DNA of 64,000 bases, from assembly GCA_002245135.1 (NCBI GenBank), contig NGBS01000024.1, forward strand, positions 1-64,000, in the 5' to 3' direction. How positions within the stretch are numbered: the first letter of the stretch is position 1; each line of letters opens with the position of its first letter. A model generated the notes under the pieces. The model had not been told where the DNA came from. It was given only the letters and a program-made list of their open reading frames with translations, and did no database searches. This DNA is from Proteromonas lacertae (Eukaryota). Shown here one piece after another: positions 1 through 10,700 of this stretch. The position numbers and the translations under genes were made by a program.

Positions 1-330
1 GCTTGACATTGGTATCACCCATACTTTTCTAGAGTTTATTTCTATTATATATAAATGATATAATTGAGGTAAGAAAAAGACAATATCTAATTGAAAATAG
101 CCTGGTTTCTTAACAGTTGCAAAAAGGTAAATCTTTATTGTATTTGAAATCAACTACTTGACGACCTGGTTTACGTCTAAGAACTCTCTAACAACATCAT
201 AAGGAGGTGGAACTTCATTCTTTCCAATAGCTTCTTGAGTTAATTTAATAAACTGTTTTTCACTTAAATAATAATACTGTTCATAAAGTCTATCTAAATA
301 TTCTCTATACTGATCGATTTGTCTTGACAT
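1..330 (-). CDS. Retroviral-type (rve/DDE) integrase, N-terminal part, with in-frame TAG at 154-156; runs off the left edge
   Basis: Reading through the TAG gives MSRQ...LDRLYEQ...VREFLDVNQVVK*LISNTIKIYLFATVKKPGYFQLDIVFFLPQLYHLYIIEINSRKVWVIPMSS, open to base 1. This fits the integrase core pattern QxD...YxLxxI(D/E)xxSRxxWxxP. Start ATG at 330 is inferred. Confidence 0.8.
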
Positions 331-569
331 TTCATCATCATCATGCGGATCCACTCTTGTAAAATTCTGTAATGGCGGTGGTGCATTGTTAAAATTGCTC
401 GTAAGGTTTGATTGGTTTGTTTGATCAACAAACTTATATCCTGGTGTAGTTCTTGAGTTGCATTTGTATTTGACTTAGTGTAAGGCTGATATAATAAGAA
501 TTAGTAAGCATAAGAAGAAAACACAAAAGTAAAAGCATACACAAATATATTGAATATATCCATTTTATT

Positions 570-2885
570 CTAATTAATGTTATTTTCATCAATATTAATA
601 ACATTATTATTATTATTATTATTATTATCGACAATATCTGTAAACATTGGTGGTGGTGGGCGACTTATAGTATAAGGAATTGAAGTTAAAACATTCAAGT
701 AAAATCTCTTTATATCAAAGATTGTAAAAGCTAACTTTGGTTGTTTAACTGTGTATACTACTTGTTTTGCACTTCTGAAACTATATTGATTAACATAAAC
801 TTTACTTGGTTCTTTACTTTCTAAGATATTCTTGTAGTAATCATAGTCACAAGTCTTTATTCTGAAACCTTTAGTTACGCCTTTTGCTCTGCTATCAGAC
901 ACCTTTAAGTGCGTAAATCCATCCACTCTTTACTTCTCATAAGCATACATCTTTGCTTTCAATCCACAGAATTTTGTTATTGTATATAATTGATCACTTT
1001 TGTTCTCTTCCATTTTAAGTAAATTCAGTTCACCTGTTCTTTGATAGTTCTGATAACGAATACCTCTCTCTTTAAGATAATCACAATTAATATTACCAGT
1101 ATCCATGCAACCTTGTAGACTTAAATCATTAGCAATATCTTTGTATATATCATCTGTCCATACCATAAAGATAAAAGAGTCTGTATCTGTCATTAATAAA
1201 CGCAATCCTTGTTTATACTTTTGATATAATTGTCCATACCAAAACTATGCCATAAGATACTTTGATTGGCAAAGAATGGACATTCCAATATAGCTTGGCT
1301 TATCTATTGAACACTTGTATTTTTTAAACTTACACACTCTCAAGTCACAACCATCAATTGAAACAAAACCAATAAAGTATGGATTGCTAACACATTTGAG
1401 GAATTGGTCCCCATTATTAACTAGTCTACTTCTACATCTATTCTCAGTATTCTCACATGTCTTACCATATGCACTATTCAGGATTAGTTTAAATGTATCA
1501 GCTTCTGCATCTCGATGGAACTTCTTTGCATCTTTTCTTAATAGATGACATTGCATAACAAATTCATACGCATAATCTGTTTCACAAAAACTAATTACTC
1601 TCCATACTTTGGTTACTTTATATCCTAACTTCACAGCATAGTTTAGATATTGATAATGAACAACATAATGATACTTGTTGGATAAATCACATATTATTCT
1701 TGCTGTATTATTCTTCAATACTTCTTTGCCAGACTTTTTGTTGACAGCTACTAATCCTAATTCTCTGACCCATTGCTTCTGTGTTGGTGACAAATCTTCA
1801 TATAATATTATCTTTCTTTCAGGAAATAAAGGATATTCTGAAAACTTGCCATTTGTATTATCTGGAGGTTCTATATCAACTTCTAATATATAACCTCTGC
1901 TCTCTGGATCCTTCCACAGCTTCTGATCTTCTACCATAAACGATCTTTTTAAATCCTCATAAGGTTTTAATTTTGTTATAACATTATCATAAATTAATTG
2001 AGGATTTGGTTCCCATTGAAAGTCTTTAGAGGGTAATTTCATTGATGCCATTGTAGAAGGATATAGAGAATTATAATCTACATACATAATATAGGTTTCT
2101 TGTTTTGGTGGATGAGAAGTATGATCTGAAAAGTATGGAGGATCCATGTAATGATTTTTAGCTTCTGCTTTTCTCGTAGATCCAATCATTGAAATTCCAC
2201 CAATAAGACCTTTTCTCATAAAGTCATACTTGTCTTGATCTGATATTAGTTCTATATCCGCTTTGGATTTTTTAAGGAATATACTCCAGGCTAAACCAGG
2301 ACATGATACATGCCAGCATGGATCTAATGTAAATGTTCTAAATACAGCATTCCTAAAGTGATCGAATACACTAGATAATGTAAGAACATCAATTGCTAAA
2401 TAGAACATATTGTAATCCATCAAGTTTTTACATTTCAATAGAGTCCAGAGAGCTTGAGATGATTCATAGTTATAATCAGAAATACCTTCATTCTGTTTTA
2501 ATTGAGACTTAAAATCTTCTTTTCTAGGTAATTTATCAGTAAGGTATAACTTTTGAATACTATCTACGTATTCGTAGGGGAAATGACCTTTCTGTAAACC
2601 CCACTTAGCTATAAAATCATCCACTGTCCAGTTTCTCTCTTTTAAACAATCATTTATCTCTTTTGTTTGTGTTACATATTGATAAACTGGTTTAAAGAGT
2701 ACTTTATGATTAGCATGTGCATCAGTTTCGACTTTCAATGATTTTACTAATGAATCTAATGATGCTGGCATAAATTGACAACTATCTATAAAGTGTAACT
2801 TCATGAACTTGATAAGTAAAAACTTATTATCAGTTTTTAACGATACAGATAGTTTTGAATGATATTTCTTCTTTCTTGGTGTTGG

Positions 2886-2917
<32 letters not shown>

Positions 2918-5531
2918 CAGTTGTTGTTGAATTAGGTTGTGAAACAATAATATTTCCCATCTCTTCTTCTAATCCAATATCTTCTGCCGTTCTTGGTGAT
3001 ATGTAATGATCTCTAGTATGCAACATGTAATACAACTCATTAAATGCTTCTTCATTTGCTGGATCATTTTCATCAACTATTTCAATTGTATTAATTGGTA
3101 TTTCTGGTAATGGCAAATCAGAATCAGTATCTTCTTCTGTTTCTGCATCTTCTTCATCATCAACATCAACTGTTTTTGCTTCTTGTTTCTTTTCTTCTTC
3201 AATACCTCTATTGTATTCAACTAATCTATCAGCAATTGGTTCAGGTTCAGGTTCAGGTTCAGGTATTGGTAATTGTATAATTTCATTATCTTCATCATCA
3301 TCATCATCATCATTTGGAATAGGAATATTATTATCATTGTACCATTTTGCTTCCATTTCTTTATCCAACTTTGATAATCCACGTATTATAAAGTTATTGT
3401 CATAGTTTTTACTGTTGTGTGCCAAACATGGTATAGGCATATGTTGTAAACTACAATGCCAATTACAGTTTGAACATAAGGTTGCAATATACTTACCAGT
3501 AAAATGGTCATGGTGTCTTGTTCGCCTTCTATTTCTGTCGTTTTCATTGAAGGGTGTATTGCACCACATGCATTTATCGATATTTTTATGAGCTGGAATA
3601 TAAGTGCTTTCATCTAATGGTTTCAATTCACCACTTTTATAATCTTCATACTTCTTCAATACATAATCTTGAATCTCAACAAACTTCTTTACTAGTTGCA
3701 TCTCCAAATCTTGTGGATCTTGCTGCAATTCCAGTTTTCCGAAGAATGTTTCTTCGCTGATGATTTCAGGGTACCTGAAACTTAAGTGAATGCACCAACT
3801 GCTGAGGATATGTTTTTTAAACGCTCCTTTGGCTCCAGGTATTACTTCAGAAGGATCTATTGGTACTTGTATAACTTCTGTATCCCAGTATAATACTACA
3901 GGAATCATTTGTTGGTATTTGAAATTATGAAACTTGATGAAGGTATCTGGAGGTGGAAATTGACGAATGATTCCTTTTTGTAATTGACAATTCTCTTTCT
4001 GATGTTGAATTATCATATCAGCTGTTGATAAAGTACAGAAACAATACTGGCATCTGGTATAATAATTATGACACCTTTTACCAGAAGGTGATAGGAAGGC
4101 TTCTAACTTTGTTATTACCATATAATGATCTTTATATATCAATAGGTTCACATGAGGCCAGTGTTTTCTTTTATCTATGTTGGTAACGTATAAAGGTATT
4201 GGTTCATTCTGGTCTATTGTAAATATATTGATAGTAATATGATTCAGCTGTTCAAACTCATCAATTCTGTCACTATCATTAATTGCATCTACTGGAAACC
4301 TTAAACTACTTACATCCATTAAGTCTACATACTGTTTGTATTTCATTGCTCTGTTACGGTGGTCTTTGAACTCTATATAGTGTAAACCAGCTGCCACGCT
4401 AAATAAAAAGCACATATTCTTACATTCTTCACTATATCTTACTAAATTAATAACGCACTTTCTATTGTTGAGGCTTGCTGGTAACTTTATGTTGTCATCT
4501 TCTGTAGATGATCCAGCAGCCATTGAACTTTTCATCAGTATCATCTCTACCTTCTTAATATATCTGAACTTTAGTTCAGATCTTTCAGTGTTGAAAATTG
4601 AACCTAAATCTCGAATCATGGCATTGTTTAACTTTGAACCAATTGTACCTAACTCTTGAGAAGTTATAATTTCTGGTGCTGTTTCGAATGTTTTGTAACA
4701 ACTTACTTGTGCATTGGCTGGTTCATCGGATCCTATATAACCTACTCTGAATCTGAAATACACTTTTATATAAGAAAATTTCTTCTCATTTATGTAGTTA
4801 CGTATGGTAACCATAAAATCACTTGATGCATTGCAGATTTGGGTAAACAAATCCTCAGGTTTCTTTCCATCTTCTTCATTTATAATCTTCTCGTAGGTAC
4901 GTTCGTAGTCTCTACTACTTCTCTCTACAAGTTGTAACAAACTTACTCTTTCAGGATGTGACATTGTTTTCAACTGCTCTGGATGATTATCAACAACATC
5001 CAGAGCAATCATTTCTTCCTGTAGCTGCCTTCTTCTTTCAACATCTGTAGTTGATTGAGGATGTATTTCAGGAATTGGTCCATCATTAATTGGTGAAAGT
5101 GTTGGTGGATCTTCAGGAGGAGGTGTATCTGGTAATAAATCATCTGGGATTTCTGCTAATCGCTGTATTTTTGGAGGTGGAGGAGGTGGTTGATCAATTA
5201 CAATTGAAGATGTTGTTCTTCTTCTTGGTGTTATGAAACTAGTTCCATTAGTACTTCTAGTAGTGTTTGATTGTTGTTGTTGTTGCTGCTGCTGCTGCTG
5301 AGGTTGTTGTGGATGTTGATTTAATGATCCTACATAATATGGTGGAGGATAGTAATAGGATGGTGGTGGTGGTGGGATAGCTGGAGTAAAATAAGGGTTC
5401 ATCCAGGGATTAAAATAACTTTGTGGCAACATTGGAATCTGATTTGCTTGACTATTGCCTTGAATAGGCATAGAAGTACTTGGAGACTGGTAATACCACG
5501 GATTAAACCAAGGAGGATAGCTGAGATACAT
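570..5531 (-). CDS. Protein-primed family B DNA polymerase polyprotein (~1650 codons), with in-frame TAG (1245-1247) and TAA (930-932)
   Basis: Track ORFs 1245..5531, 930..1205 and 570..926 share one frame. ExoI YWDTE, ExoII HNSKNYD, KGHFPYEY, ExoIII YLAIDV, motif A DYNSLYP and motif B KLILNSAYGK precede the TAG. Motif C MTDTDS and KAKMY follow it. RAKGV and FDIKRF follow the TAA. Confidence 0.93.
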
Positions 5532-5613
5532 TAGAACCTATAAAAACGAGAAAGATATAAATATACCCAATAAAATAACTCCAAATGTATTAATATGATT
5601 TGCTAATTGAAAT

Positions 5614-5675
5614 TCCTTGATAATCAAGGAGTTGTAATAATATAGTTAAAATTTTTTCTTTGATTATCAAAGAAA
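5614..5675. promoter_or_regulatory. Two related perfect palindromes in the divergent promoter between pPolB and the orphan gene
   Basis: TCCTTGAT-A-ATCAAGGA (5614-5630) and TTTCTTTGAT-T-ATCAAAGAAA (5655-5675). The palindromes are seen directly; a regulatory role is inferred. Confidence 0.55.
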
Positions 5676-5727
5676 TAATTAACTTTACTTTTAATTTATT
5701 GTTTTTTTGATTATTTACTATATTAAT

Positions 5728-6141
5728 ATGCGTCATTTTGTTTATCAGAGAGATATAACAATGGTTCAAGAAGAAATACCATTTTGGATCAAAGTTTTTA
5801 ATAGCATTAGAGAATTAGCATTAAATGGATATACAGAAATTCATTTCTTATATTATTTAGAAGAGAGTATAGCTAATCTAGCAAAGTTAAAAGCTATACT
5901 AGACAAAGTTAAGCATTATTATAGTAATCAGTATGCAACGAAAAAAAGATTGGAAATTATCACATATTTAGATAATATTAGAAAAGATGGTAATAGATTT
6001 AAGAAAGAATTAATTGAGAATAATCAATTATTTATTGATAACAAATTAGATTACGCAGTTAATGGATTACTATCTTTATTATGTGATGCTTTAGCAGCTA
6101 GAGTGAAAATGGATGCAGATATCAAAAAAAGAAGTAAGTAA
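5728..6141 (+). CDS. Hypothetical ~137 aa protein, probably element-encoded
   Basis: Intronless ORF divergent from pPolB, first ATG at 5728, no recognisable motif. Confidence 0.55.
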   Translation: MRHFVYQRDITMVQEEIPFWIKVFNSIRELALNGYTEIHFLYYLEESIANLAKLKAILDKVKHYYSNQYATKKRLEIITYLDNIRKDGNRFKKELIENNQLFIDNKLDYAVNGLLSLLCDALAARVKMDADIKKRSK

Positions 6142-6262
6142 ATATGAATTTATCTAATTATGATTAAATAATTATATATTTTAAATACTAATACAGAGAT
6201 TAATTAAAATAAAAAGAAGACTGTGTGTTTTTAAGGGTTTATTTAAAATAACATAAAAAATC

Positions 6263-6381
6263 CATAACCGATTCTTCTTACCCTTTCTTTTTTTCACTTC
6301 CTTACTTAGGGAAAGTGAAGTCGATCACTTTTCTCTAGGTAAATAAGTGAAAAAAAGAAAGGGAAAGGAAAATCGATTATG
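6263..6381. repeat. ~120 nt imperfect inverted repeat (hairpin)
   Basis: CCCTTTCTTTTTTTCACTT pairs perfectly with AAGTGAAAAAAAGAAAGGG; outer arms CATAACCGATT/AATCGATTATG; inner arms AAAGTGA/TCACTTT. Confidence 0.9.
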
Positions 6382-6518
6382 AAATCCGCATTTCAAAAAC
6401 TAAATGAGTAAAAGAAAAGGGAAAGTGAAAACAAGGGAAAGTGAAAACGAGTCTTAGGTGGTGTATATGACCTTCCTAAGCTTTATATCAGTCTCTATAA
6501 CATAATTGAACAAATGTT

Positions 6519-6606
6519 TACAACGGACGGCAGTTACACCGTCAGTTACACGTCAGTTATGTAACTGACATGTAACGGATTCATAACGACCGTTAAAACC
6601 GTTGTA
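6519..6606. mobile_element. 88-bp MITE-like foldback element
   Basis: TACAACGG...CCGTTGTA ends, central GTCAGTTA-TG-TAACTGAC palindrome, flanks CAAATGTT/CAAATGAA resembling a decayed 8-bp TSD. Confidence 0.45.
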
Positions 6607-6667
6607 CAAATGAACGGTTATTGAATAAAATGAAAAATAAGAAAAATGAAACGAATATATGAATTTT

Positions 6668-6728
6668 AGCCTCGGGTCCAGCGTCAAGCCTCGTGGTCTA
6701 GCGTCAAGCCATTTTGGGTCTGTAGCCC
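6668..6728. repeat. GC-rich ~20-bp tandem repeat (about 2.5 copies)
   Basis: AGCCTCGGGTCCAGCGTCA / AGCCTCGTGGTCTAGCGTCA / AGCCATTTTGGGTCTGTAGCCC. Confidence 0.7.
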
Positions 6729-6926
6729 TTAATATATATTATTATTAATTACTCAATATTTATAAGACTTTATAATATATAAAACCATAGGGATATCACA
6801 TTACCCCCTATCGCATCGAAAGAGTTGTGCATTTATTCAATTGCTGTATGTTAGAGAAGTAACATTTTAACTACTTCAAAATGTTTTGGAAAACGTGATT
6901 AAAATAAAATATTCAGATTATTACAT

Positions 6927-7527
6927 ATGGTAAAAGCCAAAGTCAATTCAGATTCTGTCAACAAAGATCTATGTAAATTCATAACCTTCAATGCAGTCAG
7001 TACCACAATATTAGACTCAACAGAATTTAGAAGGTTTTGCTTCAAACTAGGATATATTATACCTCTAAGAGAGTTTTATAATGCTTATTTATTTTCAGAA
7101 ACTGAGAAAGTAAGAGACTTATTGAAGACAAATCATTAATATCCAGAAATAGAGATTTATTATTATAATTACATTAATATTTGTTTTTTAGAGATAGTAA
7201 TCAATATAAATTAATCATCAAAATAACAAGTTGTTTATAAATATGTTAAATATCACTATTGAGTAGTTTGTAGATGCATTTTAATATATTAGTATAGATA
7301 TTTATACAATTTCAACCAATCTTAGTTATAATAATAGTAACTAAAGTAAAACAAGAAGCAGGAATAATATTTTATATAGTATGATAGTTTGTATAAAACA
7401 AATGTTACTCAGTATGTAATTAAAATAGATTTTAACAAAATAATGCTCGAGGTTTGACCGACCAACGGTCAAAGCTAGATTATAGGTTTTACCTATAACC
7501 TATAGGTTACCTATTTATACAACCCTG
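6927..7527 (+). mobile_element. Degenerate hAT transposon remnant (transposase fragment 6927-7139 plus right TIR)
   Basis: KFITFNAVSTTILDSTEFRRFCFKLGYIIPLR resembles the hAT N-terminal DNA-binding segment. The end TATACAACCCTG (7516-7527) is preceded by palindromic TATAGGT/ACCTATA subterminal repeats. Confidence 0.55.
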
Positions 7528-7715
7528 CAAACAAACAACAAAATATGGAAAGAGGAAAAGGGATGAAGAAAATGAATTTCAAAAGAAAAAGAAAAGTAAG
7601 AATTGAGTAATTCATTTTCTCTATGAACATTGTTATTATAATTGTATTTGTATTTTAAATTAATATAAAAACAAAACAAATAAAGTAAAAAAAAAGTATA
7701 TAAAATATAAAAAAA

Positions 7716-10700
7716 TCATTGTAAATTAGTTTGATAAATATCTCTGAAATGTTTTAATCTTTCATTTATGCAATTATATGGTTGTTCCTATTTATAAATA
7801 AATAAATAAATAAACATACTTCATTGTCATTATATCTTGCAAGTGTATCAGCATTTATTGCTGTTTGTCTAACATTCACAGCAGCTGTTGAAATTGGTAG
7901 AATTGTTTTACCATTTAATAAAGGACCAAATAATGGAACTGCACTATCAGAATTCACTTTTATTGTATAATATTCAGGAGTTTCACAATTAATTACTATA
8001 AATACAGGAACGTTTTGAAATAGATTTGATAACTATTATATATATATATATATAAAATTATATACTTCTGATATTTCTATATCTTTTTCAGAAAACACAA
8101 TCATCACTTTTACTGAATTCATTAAATCCAAATAACTTTCTAACAATGTTGAAGTTGAAAAATCACCTACTCGAGTTTGATTAATTATTGTATTTACATA
8201 AAATGTAACACTATTATGACCATGATAATAGTTTAAAAATTCTGTTCCAAATAATCCATCACATTTTAAACCACCAGTATAATAAATCTTTGAATCACTA
8301 TTTGATAATGGTAATAAATGACCAATTGCTGTTAAAAATACTGTAAAATTAATAGAAGGCATTTTATTTAGTAAAATATTAATATCGATAGATTGATTCT
8401 TTTCAACATATATTACTCCAATTGAATGAACACAGCATGTAAAATAATTATCTATTTCATTTACTTGTTTCTCTAAATCAGGTTTGTATTCAGCTGTTAT
8501 CATTGTCGAATTATATTCGTTAGATTTATGAAACGGATCAACTAACGGCAATATTTCATCAGTTACATTAAATGGTAATTCATCCACTATATAATTATAA
8601 TCGAATGTATGATTTTCATTGTAAGTAGTCTCACTTGATAAAGCATGTCTCAATGGACTAGAACATATTAACTGCGGAGTATTATTATTCATTCCATATA
8701 AAGAACTACTTCTAGAACGATTATTACTGCTATTATTAATATCGATATTTGGTATTAAATTAGGTGAATCAATATGATATAATACATTATTATTATTCAA
8801 TGTTTTATTTGGACTTTTATTATTATTATTATGGGATAATACCATATTACATGATTTTGGATAGATTTTATCAGTTATTTTAGTGGTTTGATTCATTATA
8901 TATCCTATACTACTGTTACTACTTGTTAGTTTGTGAGGTGATTTAGGCTTTGCTTGATTCTTCTCTTTATCTTTTGTATTATTATTATTATTATCAAAAT
9001 TAATAGAATTTTCATGAGAATAATTGTTATTATAATCAGAAGAACTTGAGTTAGAATGAGGATCACTTAATTCACTCAAAATTGATGGAATACTGGTAGT
9101 GTGATTCAAAAATGGAGACGTTGAATTTGAATTATATAATGATGCAGATTGATAACAGTTATTATTATTATTATTATTATATGAATAATTATCTAGACTT
9201 GGAGAATTATCATCGTCATCATCTTCATGAGTATATAAGAAGTTACTGTCATTACTATTTTTACTACCTCTATACGATGTTGATGAGGAATTTATACCAT
9301 TCATATGAATTGGTTTTGGTAAATGGATTGGAGATGAGGAGGATAAACTATTATCATTGCTATTATTACTATCAATTCGACAATTTCGTGAATTTCTATT
9401 TGAATTATATGGTGATTCTTCAGTGATAGTTTTGAGTGGTGAACTTAATTGAAAATCAAAATCACCAGCTTGACTTGTACTTAATGATAATGGAGATGGT
9501 AAGACAGTTGGGTTATTAATTTGAGAATCAATAATTCTAAGTGGAGATTGAGATACTTCTTGTAAATACAAATGTTGTTTATGTAATATTTCATGAGGAG
9601 AATCCATATTTTGAGGTAATGAGGAAGATCTTAACATTTTTGAACGATTTGATTGTTGACTTGTTGCTGTATTTGCACTATTAGAAGGAGTTGTAGCTGA
9701 TGACGAAGAAGATGTTGATGATGTTAATGATACTTTTAAATCAGTTATTCCACTGGCAGAACTACTAAGGAATGTCTTTCTATCATAAATAGATGGTGAT
9801 ATTCTGCTGATTGGAGTATTATCAACAGAAACTGAAATTTTTGATTTATTAGATGGTAAAGGCAATGAAAGTGATGAATTTGAAAAATCTCTTTCTATTG
9901 ATGATAGAATTGTGTTATTTTCTTCAGTAAAATGTGATACACTTTGATTGAATGAACCTTCAAATGATTTTGATGAGTTGTTACTACTCTGATGGCTTAA
10001 GAAGTCAATATCTAATGAATTACGTCTATGATGGAATTTTCTATTACTTCCACTTCCATTAAACAGTTTTCTTTGACCAGTTTTTGGACTTTGTTGAGCA
10101 CTCATAAATTTCTTTCCAATTATATTATTGCTATTTGGTTTTATGATTTGAGGTGTTGTATTGGAAAAATCAGAATCGTCTAAATGGAAATTATTCAATT
10201 GCAAAGGCAAATTATTACTATTATTATTATTATTATTATTAGATCCAACATTAAATTGATTATCATTATTATCATTCATATCTGAATCAATCTTTATTAA
10301 ATTACTTCTATTATAATTACCAATATTTCTTTCTTGATAATCCATTTGTTGAGGTAATGGAGATAAACCAAATACACTTTTATCAGATTTTGTATTTGAA
10401 GTACTCGAGTCTGAGCTTGTTGTAGAAATAGTTTTAACATCATTTAATGAAGGATTTAAATAATACTTCATACTACTTCTGATATATAAAGATGATTCAT
10501 AGTCATAATTATTCACATCAGTATCTAAATAAATAGTGTGGATTGTATAACTCCATACTTTTCTTACACAAACCATTCGAATATTTGGTAAAATATGATA
10601 TACAGATGTGATAGAATTTGGAGTTAAATAATATTGAATTGGATGACAATTAATATCAGAATTTTGCCTATAGAATAAGTAATTTATAGTAATAGATGAA

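Larger units (their letters stand above)
1..6496. mobile_element. Polinton/Maverick-like endogenous element, one arm (continues off the left edge; right boundary tentative)
   Basis: Adjacent protein-primed PolB and rve integrase on the same strand with intron-free coding sequence, followed by a hairpin/direct-repeat-rich region ending ...AGTCTCT at 6496. No capsid, ATPase or protease gene is visible in the window. Confidence 0.8.

Noticed and set aside
486..572. Readthrough of the pPolB terminal TAG, or a spliced pPolB-integrase fusion via a GTATGC...TACTAAT...CAG intron
   Set aside because: The TAG follows the last conserved motif and a poly-Asn tail. No splice phase joins pPolB to the integrase frame.
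6419..6448. GGGAAAGTGAAA resembles an interferon-response element
   Set aside because: No IRF system is expected in a protist; treated as an element-internal repeat.
6520..6730. CRISPR-like array
   Set aside because: Only 2-3 degenerate units, no spacers, no cas genes, eukaryotic context.
6231..6731. TTAA-GGG...CCC-TTAA as a single transposon
   Set aside because: The inverted match is only 7 bp and has the wrong polarity for piggyBac.
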